A stretch of 62,918 nucleotides of DNA, counting the filler, from Hausera hauseri (Eukaryota): the NCBI GenBank assembly GCA_046269625.1. It is 11 parts of 11 records of this genome, joined end to end, with 100 filler letters (N's around TTAATTAATTAA, not from the genome) between each part and the next. Parts side by side here need not be neighbours in the genome. Positions count along the whole stretch, not along the records: positions 5,776 to 11,308 come from JBJURY010235073.1; positions 11,409 to 18,044 come from JBJURY010079880.1; positions 18,145 to 22,344 come from JBJURY010704771.1; positions 22,445 to 29,945 come from JBJURY010011234.1; 7 more parts are not named here. One strand, written 5' to 3'. Under the pieces are notes generated by a model. That model had not been told where the DNA came from. It saw only the letters and a list, made by a program, of their open reading frames with translations, and made no database searches. Positions 11,156 through 22,599 of this stretch are shown here, piece by piece (within the stretch, counting starts at the first letter, position 1; every line of letters begins with the position of its first letter). The translations under genes were made by a program, and so were the position numbers.

Positions 11156-13189
11156 AGTCGTTGTACAGCTCTGAGATAAATTTATAATTACAATTTTTTT
11201 ATGAAAAATGAATGGTTAATTTTATGATTTAAAATATAGCTGTAGAAAAGAGCACCTGACAGAAACAAATAAACCAATATTAATACCGTTTTCCATTTAA
11301 CTGGAGATNNNNNNNNNNNNNNNNNNNNNNNNNNNNNNNNNNNNNNNNNNNNTTAATTAATTAANNNNNNNNNNNNNNNNNNNNNNNNNNNNNNNNNNNN
11401 NNNNNNNNCCCGACGAAACAAATCGAATCGTGAAAATAGTTCTATTGTTTTCTTTAAGTCCTGGAATCCGTCAGAGTATTTCTCTTCTGGTGTTAGATCT
11501 ATTAATTGAATGTAAGGGTGGCAATTGGATTTAGTAATGCAATCTTACCTAAAACAGTGGTCGTTGATTAGATAGCTGAGATTGAGGATTTAATAGAATG
11601 GTAATGAACCAAATTCTGCGTCACAGTTGTTGTCGTCAAAATTTTTCGTAGAATAATTATGTGTACTACGTCTGTCTTGGCAGTTTATATACTGTCTTGA
11701 TTTTTCAAAATCATTCGTCAGTTTCAATAATTAGAATTCCAGCCTTTGCTTGTTGGTGATAATTTTAAAAATTTGATCCATGCAATTTGAATAATTGCAT
11801 TTGTCGGGAATTGCTATGTTAGCTTGGGTGAGTTGCTGGATTAGGATTTTGAAAATTTCAAGCAATAATTTTTATTTTTGCCGTGGTTTTGATAATTGCG
11901 GTTGCCTGGACTTGCTACGAGGACCACATAATTTAGCTTCCGAAATTGGGTAATTATTTGTCTCGACATTCTTGTTTTGCTTTTTTCAATATTCCGTAAT
12001 TTCTGTATGGGACGACCCGTTGGGTACAGGTTTTAATTAACTGATATTCTTTAATAAATTTGGAATTCGAAAATATCAATCCATTAAATCTGTAAAAGTC
12101 TGGTAAACCTACTGTGAAAATCTGAAAGGCCACGAGTAAAATCTTTTATCAAAATTATTGGCAACAGGTGACTTATAAATGTGATATTCCGTGTTAGAAA
12201 TGCATGTAGTCGAATGTAACTAAATAATCCATCACGAATTTAAGTGAAAATAGATCGAATATGACATGTATCTTTGGATTTTTGAAAAATCAAACTTTAG
12301 TCATCTCACAATGATATATTTAAAAACATCGTCCACTCAGAAAAAACAAATATTTAAACAACAAAAAAGTATACAAATTAAAATTTTTGTTTGGTGGACC
12401 AATGTGGGCACCATACATCCATTGTGATTTTTGCTAATTCTCGAAATACGGAGTGTAGTTTCGCTGTTTCAGGCGCCACAATCATTTTCGAAAACCGAGT
12501 CAGCATTCGATACCGTTAGGCTGACGTGTTCTCCGCCTTACTCTTTGCCTTTTAGCTCTTGTTCGGTTGGCGGTCGACCGGTCATCTATTCAAAAATCAA
12601 CGATCGAAATACATTTTTATGTATAGTTTACGTGGATAATTCTAAAGTTGCTACGGATTTATTTTAGTCATTTTTGACAGTGATTTTTATAATAAATTGT
12701 ATAAGAGCGTTTTAAAATCCATCGGAGATATTAAAATCAGATTTTTACAAGAATGGCGAATTCAATTCAGTGATTTGGCAATTGGGCAACAGCAAACTGG
12801 AGTTGACGACATAAGCAGAGCAAATAACCTATTTGAATTAGACAAAGAATTTAGCAAAATCAATTTTTCATCCCGCCCTGTGGTGCCCACAGTGGCAGGT
12901 GTTCTTTGGCCCAGTTGGTCGGGCACAGCCGGGCGTCCGTTGCCGCCGCGTCGGGCCCATAGTCGGGCCCGATCTCCCGCCTCACGAATCTATTTACAGA
13001 ACACCTCTACCACTTTACAATACTGAAAATGGAATCTTCGTGGAAGGTGGACGTGTGATTGATCAAAATACGGTTATCCATCGGTGGTTACTAAACGCTG
13101 TATTTTTTGTTATTATATTCCTCGTTCTGATTTTTGTCTTATTTGCAGTTCTCTATTTCCTGAGGATGAAACGACAACAAAAATCAAAG

Positions 13190-13465
13190 ATACCCCCAAA
13201 GCGAAACTGTGTGAAGATGATCTATGGAAACGATTCAACACTCTGACAACGGAGATGGTTATTACAAAATCTGACAGACGAATGTTTCCTGCATTCAAAG
13301 TTCAACTAAGTGGACTCGATGCAAAATCGAAATACGTTTTAGCACTCGAACTAATTCCGTGCTACGACAATTGTTTTAAATTCCACAACGGCAAATGTAC
13401 ATTGGCTGGCAAAGACGCTCCCGAATGGAATCAACTTATTAATTTTCACTGTGAATCGCCGGCAT
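13190..13465 (+). pseudogene. N-terminal half of a T-box DNA-binding domain (Tbx2/3-omb-like)
   Basis: DLWKRFNTLTTEMVITKSDRRMFPAFKVQLSGLDAKSKYVLALELIP...FKFHNG...AGKDAPE...HCESPA. Conserved residues are altered (SGRR to SDRR, W to C) and the frame continues into unrelated Ser-rich sequence. Confidence 0.85.
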
Positions 13466-14269
13466 TAAGCGAGTGTATAAATCTTCACATATCAACAGAA
13501 AAGATAGCCTGTCTGGATACTAGTCAGAATTCCATCGAATCAGTTTGTTCTAGTCAAGACAATGGTCCATGCCATTCACCTATCAAAATAGAGAGTATTG
13601 ACGTATCAGAAATCGACGAAGCTGTTCATATACAATCGTTGGCACCTAAACGAAAATCCAGTTGTGATCTTCTTTTATCGAACTTTAACACGACCCCCAT
13701 AAAAAATCCAAATACACCATCTCGTTTAAAGCTCAGCATATCTTCAAGTATGTCGAGTATTTTTTCCATATCCAAGAGAAAAACGACATTATCAGAAAGT
13801 CAAGATAAACGACGTGGTTTGACATTACCGTTGAATACGACCAAAGTGAAACAGCAAATTATTAGTCCAATGGTCGTTTGTACTAATCAATTTGAACACC
13901 CGCCAATTACATTCGTTACTCATAATTACAGTTTTTAAAATTGTTAAAAATGTAACTCCTTATCTGAAATTCGATTCGGTTCAAGACATGACAGCGGGAT
14001 TTTGTGTCTCTTCATCCAGAGTCGACTAAGATCCAGACACTCCTGTCTTTAAATCTAGACTAAAATCCGAACCTCGTAAACAGTTGGATGAATTGGAACG
14101 TGAAGTTAACGTGCGAGTAATTGTTAAATCGCTTTTCAGCGGTCCTCTTAAAAGATAAGAATCAAAGAAAATTCTGCAAACTATTTCGATCACTGATCTC
14201 TATCCGTCTGTTAACGTGTCAGCTGAATCACAAAATAATCTGACAAATGAAAATTCTCGCAATGATAAC

Positions 14270-14615
14270 AAGAAAATTTCATTTGAATTCACTGTTCCCA
14301 CAAACTTTGTTCAACTGTCTAAGAATTTGTCAAAATTCTGCCGCAACGAAGACAATTGGTCGACATGTGTGATTGCCATTGATAAAATGATTTATGGTAA
14401 ACTTGTGGGCCATGCACCGGACAATAAAACATTGATACTGATTCTCAATGGACCTTGTTTTGCGGTTCGACAGGCAAATTATTGCATACCGATTTCCTCC
14501 ACAGCCTCGGCGGTCTGTCGAAAGTATCACGATTTAGTTCGTCGTATTTCTCGTTATCGGATGATGAGAAGCGAATGTTGACGGATGCATTGGCTCAAGT
14601 GGATAAGTCGATCTT
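14270..14615 (+). pseudogene. RPAP3_C-like domain fragment (RPAP3/Spag/SPAG1 family)
   Basis: VPTNFVQL...IDKMIYGKLVGHAPDNKTLILILNG, frameshift, then FLHSLGGLSKVSRFSSSYFSLSDDEKRML fits the P.N..QF / L..L....RF......LS..EK pattern. Confidence 0.55.
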
Positions 14616-14959
14616 GGTGAAATTATTTTTCTTTTTTTAATTATGTACAGTTGTTTAAACATTGTAAATAAAAAAAGAAAAATAAACAGTTAATGCAACA
14701 ATTCAAATTGTTTTTCATTGAAAGGCCGTCTTTTTAGTTTTGTAATTCTTACAACATTTTGATTGTGCAGTTACAGCGACAATTTTTGGTGGGTTCTTTT
14801 TTGACGGAATTTGTTATTCAATTACAATTCTACGTCTACCATCTAGATTCAGAGTTGCTGTCCCTTTAGATTTTAGAATTTTATCTCGATCACAGTTTTT
14901 TCTTTTGAATTTTGGATTGATCGTTGGTCAAGTTGATTGTGGTGTGTTCGGCTGTCATT

Positions 14960-16715
14960 TGTGATAATAACGGATAACAAGGTTGTAGAAAGATAAGAAA
15001 TCAGACCCAAGTATTTGAGATTGTGTGTCGGCAACAATGAACGTCCAATTAAAAATGTCGGTGAATGGTGGTAAAGTGAATGAATCTTGGACGTGCCGAA
15101 AATGTGTAAAGCTTGGCCGTTATCTGTGTACAATTTGGTGTTAAATGGAGAGGTGTATAGTGTTTTGATGGATGGTGGTAATAAAGCAACAGCTGCCACA
15201 GAGTCAATTAGGAAGTTGATTGATTGATTGAATTTGGAAGTTAAAGAGGCTTTTAATGTAAAAACTGCATAAGTACGGCTATTATGATGGAAACATTTGC
15301 CTGTGTCAAAACATCTGGCGGCTTTATGCGTTGTTTGGAGGCACGGGATTCATGTTGTTGGAAGGCGTAGGATGTGATGAATTAGATCTGTTAACGAATG
15401 TGCAACCTGTAACGCAATTCTGTGCTTTAGAATTAAATTTATTATATTATGTGCAGATAATATCAGATTGTTTGAAATGGGGCTCATAATATCTGCAACC
15501 TAAGCAGCATTTAGTCAACTTGTTTTTGAATTTAGTGTGGTAGTAACATACCATTGATAGTGTAGGTGACCTTGCATGCCTTGAATTTTGAGCTGAAGTG
15601 TGACTATGGTTTGCATCGAAACGATTTCGTCTAGGCATGGTCAAAGCTTCGATTTTTGACATGAGTGCAGAAATTGCTTGATGTATGTTGGCGTTTTCGG
15701 CACGTAAAGAATTTATCTGAGTTCAGATTAGCTATGTTGCTAGCTTGTTGAGTTGTTGGTGCTTGTAACGTAGCGGCTACTAATGGGGCTGCATGTACAT
15801 GTAATATCTTGTGGCTTTTGTCAGCCAGTTGTGCTAGTTTTTGTAGTGATGATGTGTCCTCTACTGTGGTCAGCAGGGCACGTGTGCCTTTGTGTAAAGA
15901 CTGCAGAAAATACCTGCGTAGTAAATTGGCGTTGTTTGCATGATTAACGCCTAGAATACTCAATTGAGTTAGTGAGGTCTGAAGGAATTCTGAGGGTTTC
16001 AATGTGCCTATGGTGTTGTCATTGAAATATATGTTGATAATTTTATCCAGAGATGGTACCGTGATTTTTAGAATTGAGTTAAAAAGTGTTTTGTATGGGT
16101 CAATGCTTTGGAAAATGTCAGACAAGTTGGGAAGCTGCGACTTAATGTTGGAAGGCAGAAGTATAAGCAAGCTGTTTGCTTTAAGAAACGAGTCGACAAT
16201 ATTATTTGACTTCAACCAATCCTCATGAAAGTCCAACCACGTCCGGCTGGAGTGTTGCTTGTCGACGAAGTATTCTACACAAGGTAGATTTGCAGTAGAT
16301 GACGGAGGTATAGGTGAATTTAACGGTACACTTATAGTAAGAATGTCAGCAAAGGCCTTTTGGTCCTTAAAAGATGTTTTTGGGTCAGATCCACCTAGCC
16401 GACGGTAGTGTACGGTGAGTATAGATGTTGAAGATGAGTGTTTGTAACTTGTTATAGTGTCGGATTGTCGGAGAAAAAATGCACTATAACTAAGGCGAAA
16501 ATTAGCGAGAGTTGTTTGTCGCCGTAACGTGTCTGATAAATTTGCAATTATTGTTCACTTGTGTATGTAGTAGGTTTGCGTATGCTTATTTTCGAATAAT
16601 AAAACGAAAGGAACGAAAATGTTACATAGGTCGGGCGTGCAGTGTGGTGCATAAAACACGGGCGCGCCCAAAATCCCTGCATTGTAATGACTGATCTTTT
16701 TGACCTGGGTGATCA
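14960..16715 (-). mobile_element. gag: Ty3/Gypsy 5' fragment: leader, gag and protease (same family as 5776-9760)
   Basis: Gag DPYKTL...LKPSEFL...LLRRYFLQSL...LQKLAQLADK and CYYHTKFKNKLTKCCLGC knuckle. Protease region 14975-15290 is near-colinear with 9395-9710. Confidence 0.85.
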
Positions 16716-17258
16716 TAGATTTGATTTGAGATGATTCATTTGATATATTTTAACCAACGGTATAGTACCGATTTGTCTACCACAGACAATAGGATAATTT
16801 GAATAAGAATCCGAAAGTGATGTATTGACTAAAATAGGGCATAGGTTTGATAGTTTTCGATAGCTTTGTATATTATACATTCGGAAGTGTGCGTAAGGGG
16901 TTCTTTGGTGTTTCTCACACATTCAGAATATAAAAGAAAAGTTATCGCGTGATGTGTATCATTACTTAGTCTATTGGGTACACAGCCAAATTTGTAAGAC
17001 GTAACTGAATTAACTACGCTGAGAGATATGGAGTGCAGCGATTGAACTACTTTGGTCGGAATTATTTTACAAATTGTTACAAAATAGAAATATAGCAAAT
17101 TCACTGGCCTGTTTATTGATCCAAGGCAGGTTGTATTAACGTTGTCACTGGAGACACCCACGGGTAGCAATAAAATTATGAATTGTCATGATACTTTTAT
17201 TTTGGTGCGAAACGCTTTCGGTGCACTTTTATGACTCGGAAAATGTACCACTTAATTG

Positions 17259-18044
17259 CTAAGTTCTCTGGGTCTTTGTATGTGATTTAATAGTCGATTT
17301 TGGTTGATGTGAATTGATGTAATGGAATACGAAATGGCCGAGGTCCATTAATTGGCTAATTTTTGCTAAATTCATTGGGGGTAATTTGATGAGTTCCTGA
17401 TGCAATTTCATTTGTCCACTAATGGCTATTTGTTCCATAGCATTAATTGTTGCATTGAGTTTTTCTTCAAGTTGGCTATGTTCCATAATCGAAGCTAACA
17501 CTCGGAAAGCGGTATCCTGTGTAGTTTCATCTTTATCACCCAACATAATCAACATGCGTAAATGCAACATCGACAAATTAGAATTTAACAAATTACTGTC
17601 TCTATCACATTGGATATAATTAAAGTAAAAGAAATCCGAATACGGTGACCCAGCAGAATGAACCATTTTCAATTCAGTTTCCAATAAAACATTTACAAAA
17701 TATTTCATTGGGTTTTTTACGTCTTTGTTCGAATTCGGTGTTCGTCCTAGTTTTAGACAAATGGAATAGACCTCTTTTGGACCGATTGTTATCGGTTTAG
17801 TAACATTATACTCATAAAGCCGCCTACTCAGTTGTAATAACCTACTGACCGATGTTATCTCATAAATGTCTAATTCCATTACCGAAGTATCCGATGGATG
17901 GTGTTGATTTTCAGTTTTCAAACTTAGTACGTAAATAAGATTATCTATGCCCTTCGGTCTACCAATTTGCCCATGTAATGATATGGATGACAGCAATTCA
18001 ATTTCTGCTTGATGACGTAATAATCTGTACCTAAGATTCGGATG
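17259..18044 (-). CDS. Unassigned intronless ORF (>=261 aa, open to contig end), possibly of viral origin
   Basis: The frame stays open from the contig edge (HPNLRYRLLRHQAEIELLSS...) to the stop at 17259; no host family recognised. Confidence 0.4.
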   Translation of the reverse strand, partial: HPNLRYRLLRHQAEIELLSSISLHGQIGRPKGIDNLIYVLSLKTENQHHPSDTSVMELDIYEITSVSRLLQLSRRLYEYNVTKPITIGPKEVYSICLKLGRTPNSNKDVKNPMKYFVNVLLETELKMVHSAGSPYSDFFYFNYIQCDRDSNLLNSNLSMLHLRMLIMLGDKDETTQDTAFRVLASIMEHSQLEEKLNATINAMEQIAISGQMKLHQELIKLPPMNLAKISQLMDLGHFVFHYINSHQPKSTIKSHTKTQRT

Positions 18045-18144
18045 NNNNNNNNNNNNNNNNNNNNNNNNNNNNNNNNNNNNNNNNNNNNTTAATTAATTAA
18101 NNNNNNNNNNNNNNNNNNNNNNNNNNNNNNNNNNNNNNNNNNNN

Positions 18145-18740
18145 TTTTCAGTATGGGTTTGAGATTTGCAACGGTGGTTTTCAAACAAAAGACATTGTCG
18201 CTGTTTAGCTTTAACACCAGGCAGTTTTTATTTCAGCTGATCAAAAAAGTCAAAGTACAGCGGTCCACACATGGTAAGCGGTTTTGATTCTGCCACCCTT
18301 GCCTGACGGTTTGCCGCTGTTGTATCGTATCCGATTGTTTTTGTCAAATGAGTCTTTTTCGTGTCTGTGCTGTAATTTAGAGCCCTTTCAATGAGTGCTT
18401 TGATACTGTATAGACTAGTGTTGCCTTCGATTTTGACGTTGTTCAGAGTCAGTGAAGCCTCCTAAAACAGTGTGAGGAAAGAGTAATTGGCCGGTGTGAC
18501 AGTGTCTGTTGCAGCGAGAACCATTGATGCATATTTTTTAACAGTGACTTTTGCATAGAGTAGCGTATCGTTTAAATCCAGGTATTCATTGTCCGATACC
18601 ATAATGTTAAACCAAATGTCAATGTTATCGTCCATTAAAACCAAATCAACAGGGTAGATTTCTTCAAATGCCGCATTGTTTATAACAACTTGTGGCGCGT
18701 CTTTGTCAAATATACACAATTCAGATTTTGCAGACGCCAT
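18145..18740 (-). pseudogene. Polinton/Maverick major capsid protein (double jelly-roll), N-terminal part
   Basis: MASAKSELCIFDKDAPQVVI...IWFNIMVSDNEYLDLNDTLLYAKVTV...ANYSFLTLF*EASLTLNNVKI...YSIKALIERALNYSTDTKKTHL is the KSELxxF-type Polinton MCP start. Confidence 0.85.
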
Positions 18741-18755
18741 TTGTCTATCTCTCAA

Positions 18756-19110
18756 TCAATCGAAAATCGTACGACAACGACGTTTGGTTATAGCTGATAA
18801 ACTCAATGATGCTTTACGGCGTTTTCTCATCAAGCCACTACCAGCGAATTGTTTTTTAACTAATTCAACGACTTCCGGTGCAGCGCTTTTTATTTCTGAC
18901 AAGGCGTGTTCCTTCAATGATGGCAAAATCAACTTGTTTTTATATAGTACGTCTTGTGCTGATTTGCTGCCACGGCACCGATACGCATCAACACCGGAAA
19001 TGCTAAACGTGCCAATGTACGCAACCATCCAGATCCATACTATTTACCAAAGAAATAGGGCAGTTCCCCGCCCTGCTGGGGTTTACTATAAATGGAATTG
19101 ATTTTAGAAT
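18756..19110 (-). pseudogene. Polinton small virion core / membrane-active protein
   Basis: QQGGELPYFFGK*YGSGWLRTLARLAFP at the N-terminus, then AGSGLMRKRRK...TIFD at the C-terminus (GxG cleavage-like motifs, basic tail). Lies between the penton and MCP genes. Confidence 0.6.
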
Positions 19111-20085
19111 CAATCATGTAGTTGTTGGATTCGACGGAAATGAAGGGTTAGACTGGTTGTGGTACCGTACGGAAATTCAATAAGGTAGCCCGCGTCACAT
19201 CGGATATTTACTTCAACATTGTTTATATATATAGATGCCACAGGTAGGCACATTAAATTATTGAGCTTGACAGTGACATTGTCTTTGGCAGTATACTTGT
19301 TGCTTTCCGAATAAATTGCACGGAGTAGCGGTACACGTACTCCACCATCCAAAATCAATTTGGTGACGTTCACATAAATATACATTTGACTTAAACCAGT
19401 TTTGAGTTTGAGTTTAAGTGGTTCAACATATGCGCTGCCGTCGATGCCTCAAACCGTTGTCTTCAAAACTTAATACCATGGCCAAAGCTTTGTCTAATGA
19501 AATGTCAGCAATATCCTTAGCCAGTTTAAATTTAATGTACCCATTTGCATCTGACTCGAAAACTTTAAATGTCTTCTTGTACTTTTGATTTGAAAAAAAG
19601 TGTTGACAGAGATGTGCTACAGATTTGTAATAGACATTTTCTCCAATCGATACGTATGACGTTTACACCCTTTCTGCTGTATAGGTAAATTTCACCGTTG
19701 TCTGGTAGTATACGGGACTTAATTTAGGAGCAACTATATTTTCACTTTTAATATTTGTACCTTTCTACTGTGTATTTGTAAATCCAAGTTTCTGCGCCAT
19801 CTCAGAGGACTCAAATGTAACAAAAAATTCAAAATCTGCCATAAAATGTAAGTTTTGATCTAAAATAAAAAACACCGATTTTGCCGTATAAACCGTAATT
19901 TGCTTCGGTCGTGCAAATGGCCGATTTTTCAACTGTTATTTTATTGTTCGTAAGTGTCAGAGGACAAGAATATGTTTTGGTTCCGGTAACAGTCTTGTAC
20001 GTCATTTTCATAGTACCTTTCAATGTCACGGAGGAGTCGTTGGACAACTGATACTGGGCAACACTATGTAAATACTCACATTTAC
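19110..20085 (-). pseudogene. Polinton minor capsid (penton) paralog 2
   Basis: N-terminal SIYIVLPS; C-terminal MYIYVNVTKLILDGGVRVPLLRAI...IEFPYGTTTSLTLHFRRI. Confidence 0.75.
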
Positions 20086-20107
20086 AATGATGTCAGTTTG
20101 TTTATTA

Positions 20108-21151
20108 TCAACGACGTCGAAAATGTAACAGAAAATATGTCGTTGACCCAAACAGAAATTTAATGGGTTTTCAAAATTCATCAAGCATATACACGGAAAT
20201 ACTGTGCACAATGTTGTGAGACAATGATAAATACATGGGTCTGATCATATTAACGCGAACAGTTTCACACGATGATTTGAACGTGTCAGAATCCACTTCG
20301 ATAGAAATCAGCAGTTGTTTACGCTCTCCACCAGCGAGTACGGAGTCCGTTAAATCCGTTAAAATGTTGATTCTATGAAATGTTCCAGAGTTTTGGTTTG
20401 TATTTGGCAACAACAGATCGTCCAACAATGTTTTTATAGAATTCGCGTTTTGAAAAGCCCAGCTTCCGAGCCAATAATTCATCAGAGACAAAATATGTAA
20501 CATTGCCATGTAGTATAATCGAAATTTGACAATCTGCGTTTATGTAACATGTCTTTACAGCTAATAAAGCCGGTTTCTTGACGTATTCACACAATCCCAT
20601 TAATAAATTATGTGGTATAATATATGAGCGGGAAACTGCTTCTGACTTAGTCCACTTTACTATAATATTGGATTCCGCATTGGATAAAAGGTCCAATTTT
20701 TCAGCAATTATAACATATCCACCTAGCCCTAGATGTTTTGAGTGTAAATTGATTTATTGAAAACCCATACTTGAACATCAGCTATAGATTTCAACTGCAT
20801 TTCAATGGGATTTCGATGCATTAGTTTCATACGGTAGTTTGAAAAATAAGAATAAACCGAGAAATGTTGTCGCGAATAATTGCAAAGAATATATCGGTTA
20901 TTGTGTCGGATTGTCCGCAAACGACTTGAAATAGGGTACGTTTCTTGTAGGGTAAAGTAAATACCACCGTTCTGAAGTATTGTCATTGGTGAAAATGTAA
21001 ATGTAAATTCCGTCAAAGCCAGTTCCCAGGCTCCCTGGCGAAAATCAACAGGTTGGTCCAACTGCATGGTAAACTGTTTAGCGTTATTGTCACTGTCATC
21101 ATGTTGTGATAATGATCTGTTACTATCGAGTACAAAGTAAATGCTGCTCAT
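20108..21151 (-). pseudogene. Polinton minor capsid (penton) paralog 1
   Basis: MSSIYFVLDSNRS...NNAKQFTMQLDQPVDFRQGAWELALTEF; C-terminal ILTDLTDSVLAGGERKQLL...RPMYLSL...ISVYMLDEF*KPIKF...LLHFRRR*. The start overlaps the integrase stop (ATGA). Confidence 0.8.
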
Positions 21152-22180
21152 TGAATTTGTGATGCAAAAATCCAACTCGGTGCAGCGTAACCGTTCCACT
21201 TGACGAGATATTCTTTATTCGAACCTTTACCACGTAAACGTAGAATTTCCTGAATACAATATACATCGGGTTTCTCGGGCAGTAGCTGCAGTTCCTGTTC
21301 GTAGAATTTACCGAGTATTTCCTCACCATTTTTATCCTCTAAAACGTACATGACAGGTGTTTGTTTTGTGATGATTGCCAAAATGCGGAAAACCTCGTCG
21401 TTCCAGTTCTGATTAAAATTCTTAATGAATGGCGTCGTACTCAGCCTTGAAATACGTACATAAGCATCGATTTCATATTTTTGGCGTTTAATTGCCGATG
21501 ATTGTGTTCGGTTTGGACAAAGCCACATGTTCAAATCATCGATTACATCAACCGGGCGCATTCCGTTGATTCCACGGTGTGTAGAGTGATTGTATGTATG
21601 AATACTATGCGGCCGTACATATATCCAACGTTTATTGCCTTGCTTTATAAATAATTTGTTTATGCGACCGCGTAATGTTCATTTAAGTCGTTCATCTAGT
21701 GCAGCCTTGTATTGGGAAAACACAGAGTAGTGGTTTACGCCCAACCGTTTCAAGACCGCTGCAACGTGGGCGTTGTAGAATTATTTACCTAAATCTGTTT
21801 GAAAATGCTTCGCCTGTTGTTGTTGTATCAGTGTCTGGACAGCGCCCCAAATCTCTTTACTGGATTTAGATTTCACAGCAATTTCACGTGCAAAAGGACT
21901 AAATACATCAACACATGTCAGCACGTACCGATACCCATCGTTGATGCTGGCGTACGGAACCATTTCTATTAGATTCATTTGCCATACGTTATTTACACCG
22001 GCAGCACGATATGCACGAGTTGGAAACCGCCTTCTTATCGGTTTGTTTAGGCTGTATGCTAACTGTTTCCAGATCAAACGTTGGGCCTGTTGCCGATTCT
22101 GTTTGACAGTCTTTGCCAGTTTGTCGACTCGAGTATACCCGACAAGATGACGCGGATCGAACCACAGGTCGCCCATCGTT
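21148..22180 (-). pseudogene. Polinton retroviral-like integrase with C-terminal chromodomain
   Basis: VWQMNLIEM...NDGYRYVLTCVDVFS...FQTDLGK; YNHSTHRGINGMRP; NWNDEVFRI...YVLEDKNGEEILGKFYEQELQ; chromodomain YCIQEILRLRGKGSNKEYLVKWNGY...SWI. Confidence 0.9.
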
Positions 22181-22599
22181 GTCGTCGATGGTGCTGGTAT
22201 TGCTTGAATTACAACAATTAGAACGAAACGTAAATGAAAGATTCAGTAAACTGGGGCAAAATGATGAAAACCATGCAGTAAAAAAACCGTCACCCAGTAA
22301 TGACGTGACAATCGGAAGAATTGCACCAAGGAATCCGCCATCTTNNNNNNNNNNNNNNNNNNNNNNNNNNNNNNNNNNNNNNNNNNNNTTAATTAATTAA
22401 NNNNNNNNNNNNNNNNNNNNNNNNNNNNNNNNNNNNNNNNNNNNCAAAACACAAAAGACACTTAACAAAGTACATTATTAACATTAAAATAAAACAATGT
22501 ACAATAGATAATTGTCAATAATTGTCACAATATCCAGACCAGATTGAGTTGCCTGTATATGATCTGATCTGACACCACCGTACGTGTTTTATTTCAACC

